A DNA stretch of 64,000 nt from Nageia nagi (GCA_050084985.1 JBITNC010000002.1:3286001-3350000); one strand, 5' to 3'. Shown: positions 1 through 14,399, counted from the stretch's first letter. Notes: generated from the sequence alone by a model not told the origin. Made by a program: numbers and translations.

Positions 1-3000
1 TGATAATCTTCACAGCATTTGCTTTACAGAACCATTCCAGAAAGAAATCAACTTTCAATGATATTCAATAATGTAAACAAAAGCATTCCTTTCTTGATTG
101 CAGTACTCTCAGTATGATATTTAAAATGAAAAAGAGATATGACAATATGCATCCATGATATGCAAAGAATCCCTTATGTAGCAAATCCTTATGCAATTCA
201 ATAGTATGCAGAAAATATCATACATACAATCATATGCCAAAAATCCCCTTCTAAATAGCTCGAATCGAGTATAAATACGCCACTAGAAGTGTTGCCCTAA
301 AGGCATCAAATCTGATATGGTGTGCACACATACAACACACATACTGATCCAAAATATGATTGTTCACACAAAATGATGCAAGTGGTATTTAAAGCTGACA
401 AAATATAAATGCCACAACTATAATACATTTATTTATCTCTAACCTATGCAAAAGAAAATCAAATATGCAATAAATGTTTGGATTCTGAACCGACAGGAGC
501 AAAAACCTCATCCCTGCACCGGTTAGAACCATTAATAAGTTTGACAGATTTGATTTGGTGGGAGCAAAACTTCATCCCTACACCAGTCAAATCAAGTAAA
601 TAAAGTCTGAGTACAACACCAACCACCATCAATATGCATTAATTAAAGAAAGATTATTGCAAACAAAATCTGCAAGTGGATCAGATCTAGGCCAAATCTG
701 ACCCGGTACCGGCGGAGTTCCACTCCTTGTTGGTGAGACCGTACGACTCAATGGTTTCTTCCAAGAACGCTATGGTCTTATGTACTCTGGAAACCATGCT
801 GCCGTTTTGCTAGAAATAGTCCCCAATCTATTTGGACGTAGCCTACATTTGGAATATCTAGATGACCATCTGCCTTTCATGGATGATAGGATGCCTTAAC
901 TTTAACAAATTGAAATCTTCGACATCTAGATGCTCTTGGATCAGGTTTTGGGCCTCTGCCAATACTGCTTTCTTGCGCACACTGTTATCCTCCCTTGAAA
1001 TCTGAGTTGGTATACATATCCTCTCATTTGCTCCTCTACTTTTCTCAAAGTGTTCTGACTTTCAGAACAACATTGCACTTCTCGAGTGCATGCTTCAGCC
1101 AGTCGTGCTGATACATAAACTCATGGCAGTAGACCAATTTTTCGGGTTTGTTAGCAGAGATTTGCTATAAATGGGTGACATTTGGGGAGATAACCATCCA
1201 ACTTCTCAAGGTTTGCCGTTATCTAGGACTTTAGTTCCTAGATTCCAACACCTTCCTCAAAGAGGCTATATATTTGAGAAGATAACTTCTCAATGGTCTC
1301 CATCATCTCCTTCAGTTGGTCCTTCATCAGCTCCCATCCTTCATAAAACGAGGCTTGTTTCTTCAGGTTGACAAGGGTAGTGCTAGTGGTCTAGAACTCC
1401 TTAATAATTTTCCTGCTAGCCGTGAGTTCCCTTTTTAGCCTCTTCACATCCTTCTTAGCTTCGTAGCGTTCCTGTTCCATAACAACGACATTTTGGGTCA
1501 CAATGTGCTTACGGGCTGTCAGTCCCAACTTGATGGGCACATTAAATTTCTCAATCATGTAGTCGTTGGGCCTCTGAGGATGTTTCTCCTTGGAGTAACA
1601 ATGATTGATGGAGATCTCTTTTCGAGTAGTAGAAACAAAAGTGTCAACAAATCTAACCTACTCACCATCGGAAAGGTCCTCTTCTTCATCCTCAGATCTC
1701 AAGTCCTGATCTATTTCTTCATCATGAGCCATACTCATGCCCAGGGCTCTTAGGCAAGCATTTAAGTCAAGATTCGGATGTTCGGTTGTTGGCTTAGGAG
1801 GGAGCCTCTGCACCAACACTCGTCCTTTGTTGATCTTCTTGACTTCTTTGGTAGGAGTGGTTGAACGAGGGCAATTTCCCTACCCTGGTGCTTGTCCTGC
1901 TTTCTCTTCTTTTGTTTTTCTGTCTCCTCTTCATCTTCTTCATCTCCGCCACTGCCACTAATAGATATGCCTTTCTTTCTTGGCTGAGGGGATCTTTAAT
2001 GGCTGGTCCTCTTCATAGAGGGCTTTTGGGAAGACAAGGGCGACCTCTTTTTGTGTTTGGCAGGAGAGGGTTTGGAAGCACCCACCTCTTTGGCACACTT
2101 CACTTCGACGATTTGGATTTCATCATCATAAGTCCAAACGTCTACAATCTGGTCATAATCATCATCTAGGAGAGTTTCAATCTTCATCTCATTAGGTGCA
2201 AAAGCACCTACAGCTACGTTGTCTTGTCCAAGGTACTCTTCATTAGCAACATCATTTGCATCATCATCATCATCATGTTCTTCTTCACCACGACTTTCCT
2301 CATCACTTTCTTGACTCTCTGTCTCTTCCTTGGAGTCTTATATTGTATAGTCGGGTTCTTCATCATTTTCTTCATCAGAAGAAGAAGTGGAATGTTCGGA
2401 AGAACTGGAACTTAGCTGCAGCAAGGGAACTTTATCTCCACATCTAGGAGGACAAGTGGGTCTAGAAGGGATTTCTTCAGTGGATGAATCATTGGCATAG
2501 GCTTCCTCCAGCATGCTCAAGGGGACAATGCGATAGCTAGCATCTCTCAGGTCAGCCATCACCACACTGTGCTTATTAGGTCCTGGGGTATCTTCTCTTG
2601 AAGCTCCTTGTCTTTTTCCAATGGGAAGTAAGGACTTTCTGTCCTGTGGAGGCACAACACTTGCAAAAGGAGGAGGGGATGTTTTGATCGTTAATGGGAC
2701 CTCTTTGGATCTTGCCTTGACAGTTCTGGGTCTCTGAGGTGTCCTTTCTACCTGGAGGGGAGCCTTATTCCTGCTCAAAAGACAATCTATCCTTGCTATC
2801 TCCTCCTCCTCATCCTCCACGTTTCAGTACTTCTCCACATTCCCTAAAGATTTATTCTAGTATGCAATAGGTTTCTGGAATGCGGTGTTGTAGAAATGGG
2901 CAATTACACCTGAGGGATCATAATTTCTAGCTGCCATCTCCTTGAAGAAGACGTATTGTTGTAGCTCCTTCTTCATACTGTTGGCTTCAACCCACATTTG

Positions 3001-3539
3001 GAAAACATAACTTGTGATTAAGATGGGCAACTTAATGGTTGCATCCTTCTTTCTCCATACTCGTTGTTTCAAAAATAATAACTGTCTAGCAAATTCCATG
3101 AGGATGGGTCTATCACTGGCATATTTGGGCAGGAGCAAGGTTGTTCTTCGGAGCCATAAACCTTGATGTAAGTATGATTAGTATAATGCAGATAGAAGTC
3201 CGCATGTAAGCTAATGGCTTGAATATTCTCCTTTGATGTCCTTATAAATGGAGTACTCTCATCAATCGTTCCTCTCATAGAAATGCTTGAACTTATTGTG
3301 GTACAACCACTTCAGGTAGATTTGCCACACTGGAGTGCCTTTTTGACCCAAATATCTTTCATTTGCAAGCTCCCTTGATCTGAGCTTGCCATGCAACAAC
3401 AGGTACACAAGATAGGAGTTCATATAAAACCTCTTGGAAGAGCTGAAGTAGGCTAGCTGGTGGCGCAAGGTGTCATTGATAACCTTACTCCATCTGATGG
3501 CCCTCTTGGATTTGATCACTGCAATTAATTTGATGAACT

Positions 3540-6500
3540 TGTTGGGGGATTTTTCTTTCCTACCTTGCTAATGGGCAAATGAGCTTGCAAGGCTTGTGGG
3601 AAGACACCAACATCTAGGTGGTAGGGCGTGATCCCTACCCACTATGAGGACTGGTTACCTCAAAGGTCTCATGATGGGATGTGCGAGAGGTTGCTCAGGA
3701 GATTGGCTAGGATGTTTAAAGCTGTTTCCAACTCAAATATCATTTGTTAGTTAACCAAGGACTTGAAGGGTCCTTATCTCTAGCAAATAGTTGTTTCTCA
3801 AAAGAAAAGGAAAAATAGGTTGTGAAAGTTGTGCTAAAAAAAATGAAAAATAAGGAAAAATGTAGATTAGACCATGGTGTATGAATCGGGCACATGTGTA
3901 TATGGCTCCATCGACATGTACATAGGATTGGGATCTGCTTCTCTTGGGCTTGATTCAGGTTCCACGCACTCTACATCCACTCTACTAGCCAACAACACGA
4001 ATGGACTAGTAAAAGGAGCTTAAAGCAATGGCAAGGGTGGTAAAAGGTGGTTCATGGGTAGATCTTCGAGTGTGAAGTAAAGTTCCTAAGCTAAGCGTCA
4101 TAAGAGAGAGCCATCACAAAATGCACGTGTCTTGTTATGCAAACTATGAACTTATCACAAGTCAAGTTTTACTCAAATCACTTAGGGAGATATTCAAGTA
4201 CTCTCTCATCCACCTCAACAAGGTTTATGAGATGATCCAAGCAACTCAAATGAAACAAGATAGCAATAACATTCATCCACTCAAAGTGTATAAAAAACAT
4301 TCATAGTCCCATCCAAATGAAAGCATTCACCATTCAATTACTTGAAATCACACCACATTCACAAATGGAGCAAACTTGTTTAATTGGCAATAGAATTAAG
4401 TCTCTCACCAGTGCAAAAATGTCTAATCCCCTACAATTTAACCCAAATAGGCTATAAATAGTTTTTGTGGCAACCCAAAGTGTTGTCCTAACCCTAATGC
4501 AAATTACGAAAAAAATAGAAGTGGTCCAATTATAAAGTGCCACATGGCATTACAAGATTTCATCCAAACTTGTGGCAGCAAATCCTCATCCTTCACAAGT
4601 TTGGGAATTAAATAATAATATAATAAAGTATTTTAGCAAAAATAAATGTCATTTGCTTGGAAATAAAAATAAATTGGAAAATTGTGACTAAGATGATGGT
4701 GGGCCCAAGCCTGCAACACGTTCCTCGAAATCCTCATCTAGGAATTTCGTAGCATAAGAAAAGTTCCATCTTGTCCATCCATGTGTTTGTCCTCAAGATG
4801 TGCGCCCGGTTGAAATTGCCTGCCTGGTTGCTGGAAATTGCAGTGGGGGTTTTGGAGCCTTTCTAGGCCTAGCGCATGCCCATAAAAGACAAGATTTTGT
4901 CTTTTTGGAGCATGCGCCAGCCCTGGGGATGCATGCTCTCTGCTCGTTGGTGTTCTTGGCTGCCTTGCTCGTCCGATTGAACCTTGAAGCTCACCTTGGA
5001 ACCCGAACACGTCTATTTTTTGCTCTTTCTAGTGCCCAGATGTATCAATTTGATCATTGTGCTCAACTTGGACACTCCCAAAGCTTGGCACATGATTCAA
5101 AAAGACAGATTTTGTCTTTTGAAACCATGCACTCAATCTTCCAGCTCTCCTAGTTTGAGCTCATTGTCCAGAAAGAGAAGATTTTGTCTTTTTGTGGCAT
5201 GTGTTGGTTTGCAAATGCCCAAATTTGCTCAATTTTGGGTTCCTGCTTGTCAGACTTAGCCAAATTTTCGTGTTTTTATCATCCTAAAGGCTCTATGAGT
5301 TTGGCGCATGCCTCAAAAAGTCAAGATATTATCTTTTGAAACCATGCACCAGCCCCTCTAGTCATGTTGGAGTTGAGTTTGAGATTCGAAGTTCCATGCC
5401 TCAGTCAAATTTGCCTTGCAAACCAATTGGGCATGCCCTTGCCTTAGGAGCATGCTATAGAAAGTCAAGATTTTGTCTTTTGAAACGGTGCTCCCAACTC
5501 TCTTGTCATGCTAGCTTGAGCGCATGTTCCAGAAAGACAAGATTTTGTTTTTTTGAGGCATGCGTTGGGTTGCTCTTGCCTGTTTTGTCCTGTCTCGGGG
5601 CCTTAGCAAGTGGGACTTGGTCAATTTTTCACATTTTCCTAGAACTGGTGTCTTGTTGAGTTAGGAGCATGTCAAAAAGACAAGATTTTGCCTTTTGAAA
5701 CGATGCTCCCAACTCTCCTAAGCTAGGAGCATGCTACAAAAAGACAAAATTTTGTCTTTTGAAATGGTGCTCCCAACTCCTTGGGTCATGCTTGCGTTAG
5801 ATGCTGGTTTGAGGAATCCGTGCCTTAGCCAAATTTCCTCATGAGATCGGACTAGATGCCTCTTTGAGTCTGGTGCACGGTTCAAAAAGCCAAGATTTTG
5901 TCTTTTGAAATCATGTGCCAACCCCTCTAGTCCTATTGGAGCTGAGTTTGAGGTTCAAGGTTCCGTGCCTTAGTCAAATTTCACCTTTTTGATGAACTAG
6001 ATGCCTCTTAGTTCTTGGCGCATGCTCCCAAAAGACAAGATTTTTTCTTTTTGAGGCATGCGTCATCCTCCTATGTGCTTGAAATCCACTTTTTCATCTT
6101 CGAACTCAACCTATGTGGCCTTCTAGCTTGATCGCTTGCTCCCAAAAGACAAGATTTTGTCTTTTTAAGGCATGCGCCAACGTTGCTGTGCCTTGTTCTT
6201 GTCTTTTCCTTGCTCCGTTTCTATCCAGACTGCTCCTTGATTCAAGCGCATGATCCAGAAAGACAAGATTTTGTCTTTTTGAGGCATGTGCCAAGCCTCA
6301 AAGTGGCCAAGTTTGGCTTAACACTATTCCGAATTGACCTGAACTTCCCTAGCTCACCTAAGACCGACTTTTGGCTTTCTAGACTTAAGTCATATTTTTT
6401 TTTTTGGGAAATTTCAGATTTTGGCCCAACATGAATAAGATGAGGTGATTGATGAGACTAGGTTTAGGACAACTTGACATAATATCTAGGTCTTCCGAAA

Positions 6501-6603
6501 CACTTGAATTGTAGGAGACAAAAACATGACCCTTTGTGAAGATGAGTTAGTTAGGGTCCCAAAAATCTTAGGATTTTGGGGCATGTTGTGTTTAGTCACA
6601 ACA
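3540..6603 (-). mobile_element. Giant LTR-like unit, copy A' (ORF almost entirely deleted), nested in the ORF of copy A
   Basis: Termini TGTTGGGGGATTTTTCTTTCC (3540) and TGTTGTGTTTAGTCACAACA (6603). Host ORF resumes on both sides. Imperfect TSD (t)gaact/tgact. 3540-4790 is homologous to 37192-38440. Confidence 0.85.
4872..6292. repeat. Array of ~12 ~46-bp imperfect palindromes GCGCATG-N-AAAAGACAAGATTTTGTCTTTT-N-CATGCGC
   Basis: Copies start near 4872, 5088, 5158, 5303, 5448, 5519, 5665, 5726, 5872, 6017, 6131 and 6245, with spacers of ~15-170 bp. Confidence 0.92.
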
Positions 6604-7569
6604 TGACTCCTTCCTATATTTAGAGTCATTCTCCTGATCTGTGACTTTGGACAACAAAGTGATCAACTTAGTGATTGTAAGAAGGAACTCCTTCCTACGA
6701 GCACTAATCAATCTTTGACCTTGGATACCTTGGTAGTCTTCATACAACCATCTTTTGATGTAAATCTCCAGGCCGGGTAGTAGAATCATGAAATTTCTTT
6801 GAATTGGTTAGTGTATAATCATCTTCGTATTTTCTCCAACCAAAGGCTGCTTCAATTCCATTCGGAGAGAAGTCCATGATTACATTCGCTTCGGTGTCCA
6901 AGAGAACTCTTTTATCATATTTGCATCGCTTGGCTACCTCATAGCACAACTCAGGAAATGGAACAACAAAAGGCATAATAGTGGCATTGAACAATCCACA
7001 AGAATGGATTAGTTCATATGATAAGTCCTTGCTGATGGAGGCAGTGGAGGCTATAGTCTGGATGGGGTCAACATTTCCCTAGTTCGTGTCTCCAACAAAT
7101 ACGTATTACCCCTTGAATTTGGTTTCAGGAAGCTCTGGTTTTTCTCTCTCTTGAAATTGTACCCGATTCTCCCTCAAGGACCTTTCCATTTGGTCCCTTG
7201 TGACCGTCTTTCAAAAAGTTGTCCCTGGACTTTTCTGACCTTGGACGGGGGAGGCCTCACCTTAGAAGTCATCATAGAATTTTGAAAAATGTGCAGAAAC
7301 TTGCAGAAAAGAAACTGGAAAACTGGTTGGGAATACCCCAAAAATGACTAAATATCAAACTCGATGTGCTTCAAAGAATGCAGCAACAATGGCTAGACAT
7401 GCAGGTATGGGTTACAAAATGTCCTGCAGAAATGAACTAGGACTGCCCTCTTTTATAGGAGATGCATGGAGGGTTTGTGCATGGCATGATGCATGTTTGC
7501 CACTTGTCTTCTTGACTTCTCAACTTCCGGCTTCTTCCACACTTAGAAAATTTTGGCTCTCAGATCCTA

Positions 7570-9000
7570 GGGCGTACCAATTTGGATGTGTGCTTTTTCA
7601 CTATCTGGAAAGCATGCGAATGGGTTCTTGATGGCCAAAACACATCACATAGTCAATTCTAGGCCAACAATGTTTTATTTGGAAGGTTCAATTCATCATT
7701 TCACATTAGGGCGCATGGATTTGGATGTGTGCTAAAGCATGTGCTACAAAGCATGCGCCTCATACCTTCATGTAACAAAAAAGTGGACCCTAAGATCCAG
7801 CTTGTCCCTTAAAAATGATTGATTGGTTGCATAGGCACATCCTCAATCCCTTATTCCTCCTTGGTGCACCAATTTTGATGAGTCCTTAAGCATGTTCCAG
7901 AAATAGTGCGATTGGGGGGGCTTAATGCAAAATGAAATGAAGTGGTAAAATGACAAAAGGGGTGACTTAATATATAGTCTTCAAACTTGCCACATGTCAT
8001 CCTCTGGTTGGTTGAAGAAAAGGTTAAATGATGGAGCCAAAATTATGGGCGCATTGTTTTGAGGACATGCAAAAGCATGTACCAAAATGCATGCGCTAGC
8101 CACATTGTGTTCTCCAAAAGGACTTAGTCACTTTTCATCGTACTTGAAAGCTTTTATATCTTGGTTGCACCTTTTGAAAGGGGTGCAAAAGCATGTGCCA
8201 GAAAACATGCGCCTAGCTCTTCTCCACTTGGATTTTATACTTAAACAAATTTGACCTTGGGCCAGGATGTTTGGAGACGGGCACACCAATTTAGGTGAGT
8301 TCCTAAGCACACACCAAAAATCATGCACACGGCGTGTGGCACACCTTCCAATGCAAAGGATTAGAAAATTAATGAAAATGACTTAAAATTAATGATCCAG
8401 AACAGGGTGCACGTTTTAAGGGACATGATTTCGTGACTTGGCTTTGCATCGGGCTCCAAATTCAACCAAACAATTTGAATACTGGGGTGAACCTTCCATT
8501 TATAGGCTTGCTAAGGGTGGACAAGTGTCCTGATGTGATAGGTGCAAACAAAGGTCCAATGCATGTGAACACACTTGTCAAGCTTGGGTCCAACACTTAG
8601 CCGAATTTTATACCTCAAAGTTGGGCGCACCGATTTGGGGACATGCAAAAGCATGTACCTTAAAACGTGCGCTTGGCCTTCCTTTTTTCGCACAACTTAA
8701 AAATTTTCTAAGTATAGAGACTTCTCAATGATCTTTGTCGCATTGTTTTGGGGACTTGCAAAAAGCATGTCCCTCAAAACATGTGCTTAGGCACAAAATG
8801 CAAATTTTCCTTCAAAATGACTAGAATGATCCTCAAAATGGAATGTAATGGAGGGGATGCAATCTTTTATAGTATGATAGATATGAAAAATGCAGTATTA
8901 AGACTGAAAATGCAAGACTAACTTCGAAATATGCAGCATAAAGGAAGGCGCACGTTTCAGGGTACATGCAAAAGCATGTCCCTCAAAACATGCGCATAGG
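7570..9000. repeat. Array of ~50-bp palindromes in copy A (core ACATGC-AAAA-GCATGT, outer GGCGCA/TGCGCC arms)
   Basis: For example 8946-8998 aggcgcacgtttcagggtacatgcaaaagcatgtccctcaaaacatgcgcat. Similar units near 7570, 7710, 7862, 8048, 8165, 8280, 8625 and 8737. Confidence 0.85.
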
Positions 9001-9176
9001 CACAATGACACTTTTTCGACTTGTTTTCATCATGACAGTGCAGACCTTGTTATGTTTCCTCTTTCTAATTTAAGATGCATGCATTTCCTTGAAAATTTTC
9101 TTCCATGTCTTTATGCTCGAGTTCTTGAGAGTCCTCAAAAGTGCAAATTTTTTGGGGGTGTTGTGCAGGCACAACA

Positions 9177-9830
9177 ATAGGACTTGTCGGCTATGCCCCC
9201 TACAAGAGGTTGATAATGAGGAGCACTTGATACTTAGATGTTCTATGTACTACAAGATTTGTGGATGGTATTACTGCCTCTATAGGGAGTCTCGAGGCTC
9301 TCTATCCACCTTTCTTCGTTATCTTGACCAAAGATGTTTGGCCCTCTTTCTGTGTGAGATCATTACGTTTAGGTGTGGAGCTATATAATGACACATAGAT
9401 ATCCCCTAGACTACCTGATAGATCAACTCCTTTTTTCTGTCCACTTCGTATCCTATAAGTAGGAAATTCCTCTCAAACAACACCATTTAGCTTACCCATA
9501 GACTCAAATCTACACCATCTTGGGAGACTACATTTTATTGGTTTCTTTTCCTCTATGCATGATCCATCGACCTTGGATGCTAGGAGAGACTTTGGAGCCT
9601 CACTTTGCCCTTCTAGGTGGGGACACTCTTTGCTTAGGGTGAGCAACTCCACCATTGCTCCCATATCAACGATAGACAATGACAATGCTATTCCACTCAA
9701 ATTTGTATAATTTATATAACTTTTTTGCTTTTACTTTTGTCAATACTTAGGTTTTTAACCCTATCGCTTGCTATTATAATTGGCTTGTACTTTGATTCCT
9801 CACCTGTGGACATTAATATATATTTCTATT
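9177..9830 (+). mobile_element. LINE 3' fragment (C-terminal CCHC zinc-finger region), interrupted by copy A
   Basis: RTCRLCPLQEVDNEEHLILRCSMY is a CX2CX8HX4C motif typical of LINE ORF2 C-termini. Right boundary approximate. Confidence 0.65.
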
Positions 9831-12078
9831 TCTATTTGTGGATTGGCATTTTGGTTGCATGATTATCGCATGTTTCCTTTGATTTTTCTCTTTTTACAAA
9901 TGTGCCATCAGCTCTTGGATATGGGTTTTTACGGTGCAAGTGCTAGCTTGTTCTGATGGTCATTAATTGTAGTTGGACTACAAGTGTGTGATCATCCACT
10001 GATGTTACAATCATCGTACTCCATTTATGGATGAGGTTTTTTAATGTAGCATAGTGGGGCGATGATGTGTTTCTAATATTTGTTAGAGATGTGCTTTAAC
10101 CATAGAAATGTGGCATTAAGGTGCCACCGTTCATTGTCTTTTGGTTGTTTGGAGTAGCTACTATTCTTTGAGTGTGTATCTTTACGTGTGGAAAGGTGAT
10201 TATGAATCTTCCAGTCAGTTTATCTGTTGCACTCTAATATTATCTTGCTTAGGTGTTTCCCCACGACTAACATCACTAGATTGCTTGAATTTGGTGTGAG
10301 GAGTTGCATGGGAGGGCATGGTGACAAATGCTCATTTTGAACTTTCTTGGTTCTTTATCACCAGGTGTCAAGTCTTTGGACATTTTTTGGTGTTTGAATG
10401 AGAGATGTGCGGGTCGAAACTTTTGGAGAAGAATGCTGACGTTGACTTGTGGTAGGTTTTAGCTTCACTTCATTCCTAATTTGCTACTACTCTGAACTTC
10501 TTTGTCTTGCTTCGAAGCTTCTGACGATCCTGAACATTGAAGTTGGTCTGGGTTTCGACCTTTTGTTAATATTGGTTGGATAGTCTAGAATACGATGTCA
10601 TTCTTTTGATTATTTCAACTTCCTTACTTTTGGTCTTGTGCAATCTTTATGTTTTGGAGCAATTCATAAATGCTTTATTATCCGTTGTGAACTTTCAGCA
10701 TTAGGGAAAACTGTAAGAAAACAATGTTTAGCTTCCACAAACCTTTAGACTAGCATTTAGAGATACTTAGTGTTGCAAGCTTTTGGCATAGGACTTCCTT
10801 GTGTGTCAAATTTTGCTTTTGACATGTGAGCATATTCAAGTGTGATTGGGTTTGATTTTAAAGAAAACCTCTGAGTTGATATTCATGCCTTTCCTTTGGG
10901 CATAGAGTCTGACGATGCTTGAGAAATAACCTTTGCGCTTTGTTTCTTTGTGGTGCTGTATCCCAATGCTGACTCTAGTAAGGCGAAGGATGGGGGAGCT
11001 AGTTGACAAGAAACTAGCTGGTGTTCTACTTCGTGGGTTGGATCATCCACTTTCTTTTGAGAACTTGGCACTGACGCTTCTCAATGTTCCATCCTTAATA
11101 GGCTCCATCTGGGGATTGCCAAAATTCAAAAGTTTTAACTTATTCCTATGCTTGCAGTAATCCAATATGCCTGAATCTTGATCTGACCGTAGTATGATCC
11201 CCTATTTGCTTTGTCTCTTTTACTTCCAGCTTTGGTTCATGTAGAAGAGCTTCAACTTAGTTTGGACTCGGATCCCACTGGTAAGAAGTTCTTCAAAAAG
11301 TCTTGGAAAACAGTTATCAATGCCAATTTTTGTGACGAGTAATTTTGTCCAACTCATCTGATAATTGGAGGTCAAAATTTTTCCTATCGTAGGTTCTATA
11401 TTCTCTTTTCCTTTCCTCAGTCTTCCCTTTTGCAAGTAGTCCACTAGTGGCTAAAGGAATCTATGCTTTACTAATCAGTCATGTTGCAAGCTGCTATGAG
11501 AGCTTACTACTGGCATATTACAATTGATAAAGATTGGTCTTATCCAGTTTCTTTTGTAATGTGCACTTATTTTCGCGAGAATATTCTATATTGCCCGAAT
11601 AAAGAATAATGTTTCTGCATGAGGGTTCATAGCTAGGAAACATACATAGATGGAGAAATATATCTGCTTTGTTGGAAGCTAATTGCGTGCTGATAGGATT
11701 GCACAATAAACTTCCATAGTCTTTTATTATTTTCCAATTCCTTGCATGACTATTAGTGATTGACATATGAATTTGATATTGTATGTTATTGCAACAACTT
11801 GTATTGTACAAATCTGTCTTTTATATACTGCATGTACATAACCTTTCACTTTAGCCCGGATGTGCTTTAAGTATGATATATCATATTGTGTTGTTTTATT
11901 AGTAGAATTTTGTTGCTTGTATTTGGTTGTTTTATTTGTTGCATCCAAAAACTGAACTGAGCCTGTGAAATGTTATCTGTATCACTTAGAAATATCAGGT
12001 TAACTGCAATTAAGGCATTCCTATCAGGAAGTTTTTGGTCCCAAAAGGATCTCAAATAGTATTTACTTTGAAATGCAG

Positions 12079-12437
12079 GAATTCGTGATCATATATCTGG
12101 ATTATTTTTGAAATCAAACATGTCCTTAGCACGGGATCTGGAAAATGGAAGTGACATTGATGATTTCATTCAAAGCAATCAAGGGAGAGGTGGTTTTTGT
12201 AAAGAATACAAACTTTCAAAAGAAACAGTAGTTGAGCATTTTCTGAAAGTTTCTGTTCAGAAAAATAAAGAAAAAAAGATGAATTTGGTCTCATTTGAAA
12301 CTGACCTTCCTGGTGATGTTGTGCTTCATTGGGGAGTGTGTAAGGACAATGCTAAACAGTGGGAAATTCTTGTTCAGGATGAATATCCGTCCAATACTAA
12401 TATTTATAGGAGGAGAGCCCTTCAAACTACTTTGCAG
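12079..12437 (+). CDS. AMY3: Plastid alpha-amylase 3, internal exon (second CBM45 starch-binding module, N-terminal part)
   Basis: tgcag|GA acceptor, CAG|gtatta donor. Translates IRDHISGLFLKS...VSFETDLPGDVVLHWGVCKDNAKQWEI...RRALQTTLQ, the ETDLPGDV.VHWGVC CBM45 signature of AMY3. Joins the next exon in phase 0. Confidence 0.93.
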
Positions 12438-14399
12438 GTATTATAATTATGTCATGTTTGATTTCTTCTCTATGCCAAGAAATCGTTTTTTTTCTTTTGC
12501 AGGTGCCCTATTTCTTCTAGAAATTGATGCAATCATAAGATTCAGTGACATGATTTTTGTAAAGTACACATGAAAGTCAATATATGTATGGTAACATGTC
12601 CATTTATAGATATGTATATTACATATGTGCTCCATCCTTTTGCCTTGTGAAATATAGAGACGCTATGCTTTAGGTTAAGAACTACCACTTTGATGAGAAC
12701 GAACATGTTTATCCTTGCTGAGATTCTTATTCCAGAATTGTAGCAACAATATGCATGCAGACCTATAAACCTCTAAATAAAAAAACTTTGTGATGCTTCA
12801 CTACTTTTGGACTCTGACCAAGATTGTCTTTTGTTTACATTTTTAACTTGAAGAAGCTTTTCATTTTCCAGAAAGAACACCACCAATGATAGTGAAGGAT
12901 CTGCCAAATTTTGAGATGTTTCTGGATTTCCGCGGGCATGCCCGATATTGATCCTGGGGCGATTTTCAAGAAGCCATATCTCCTTCGTTTCTTGTTGAAA
13001 ATAGGTTGTATAACTTGTCAAAACGATTGGCATGAGACGCTCTACCCATTTCTGAAGGTGAATCGACAATCCCTAGCTTGTGGAAGACGAAATTCTTTTA
13101 AAACCATAAATAAGAGAAACTCCCAAAATTTGGGTCATTACAACTTCTTACCTAATAAGGAGGTCAACAATAAAGTGGTAATATAAGATATCTATTGACA
13201 ATACATTCTGGTCCATGGATATCACTGCCCTAACACAATCTCAAAATGGCCCTTTATGTCCAATATCATCGTTTTTTTCAATTAAATGTAGTGGTAGTTG
13301 ATTAATGGGCTTAGTATCCTACTTGGCCTACTTTGAGCCTGTTTTCACTAGTTTCATGTGGCAATAAATCACCATATTCCCATGAATGACAAGATATTCC
13401 AACTTTATTGCCTTGAGGAAGTGGAGACAAAAGATTTTTTTTATTTTCAATGGTATATCTAATAGGAAATTTTAGAGAGGTGCTATTGCTTATTTAGAGA
13501 TTCAATAGAATCACTTTTTGTCTTCCTCCATTACCTTGACCAAAGGTGCTTGACTGTATACATTTAGAAAGAGATTACTCATAATCATCGAAACTTGCGG
13601 GTGGTCTCAAAAGTCACTAGATTAATCACCTTCTTTGCTTCTATTTGGAGCATTGGAGGAACTAAGAGTTATTTTAATGGTACCAACACTCAAGTTGTTG
13701 GTAATAATAAATTTATGTGACCATACCTTTCCTCATGGGGCATTAGTAGAGTATCCAGGACCATTCTCTAATCAACAAGATAGGGGAGACTCATTCATCT
13801 TTGGCATGATGAACCATCTTGTCCCTCATCACTCGCTTCTTACCTTCTACAATCATATCCTTGTGTAGACATAAAAAAACTGATATTTTATTAATATTTC
13901 TTAAGTCTCATGTGTTCAAATGTGTGTGCTTACGCAAACATAAAAAAACTCATATTTCTTACTATTTGGCGTTCTTCTCTCCAACTCATTAAAAACTCTA
14001 TTGACTTATCTCGTTAATTCAAAATGCAAGTCCATACGCCTCCACAACCTCAAATTTTGCTACTTTACATTTGGACATTACTTGACGAACTAATGGTTTG
14101 ACACAAATTATAAGGACAATCATTGCCACCTCAAGCATTCCATCATCCTTGATTCATCCTTATCCTCCACCCACTCCTTACACTAATCCTACTATTGCAT
14201 GTTGTGGACTAAGAGATGTCAGTTATCAGTCAAAAGGAGGTAGGAGGTTATCTTTTCCCTTCATCGCAACCCTAAATCTTTTTGGCGCTTCATTTTATCC
14301 AAAAGACATAACTTGGGCAATATCACTCTGTAGGATTAGTAAGCCTATGCTTGTCGACTCTACAATGCCCCCATCCAAACCCCATTGTTTGTCATCTCT

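Larger units (their letters stand above)
690..7275 (-). pseudogene. Degenerate ~1100-codon accessory ORF of copy A (segments 7275-6604 and 3539-~690)
   Basis: ATG ATG ACT TCT AAG at 7275. ORF-track fragments FPELCYEVAKRC..MDFSPNGIEAAFGW, FYMNSYLVY, YIKVYGSEE, LPKYASDRPILMEFARQL and YDPSGVI match fragments at 47457-50716. Contains stops and frameshifts. Confidence 0.75.
1..9176 (-). mobile_element. Giant ORF-bearing LTR-like unit, copy A (far end lies outside window; interrupted by copy A' at 3540-6603)
   Basis: Minus strand starts TGTTGTGCCTGCACAACACCCCC at 9176, identical to the start at 19603 (+). Region 1-3540 is collinear with ~22000-25500 in inverted orientation. Confidence 0.85.

Noticed and set aside
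2256-2447. ORF starting MHHHHHH (His-tag or vector contamination)
   Set aside because: It is the antisense reading of a GAT (Asp) run in the acidic linker of copy A's ORF.
4872-6292. CRISPR array
   Set aside because: Eukaryotic intron, no cas genes, repeats degenerate, spacers highly variable in length and partly paralogous, and the array lies inside a TE.
9830-12060. Short ORFs as additional AMY3 exons or genes
   Set aside because: No CBM45 or other recognisable motif and no consistent splice context. Treated as intronic or decayed repeat sequence.
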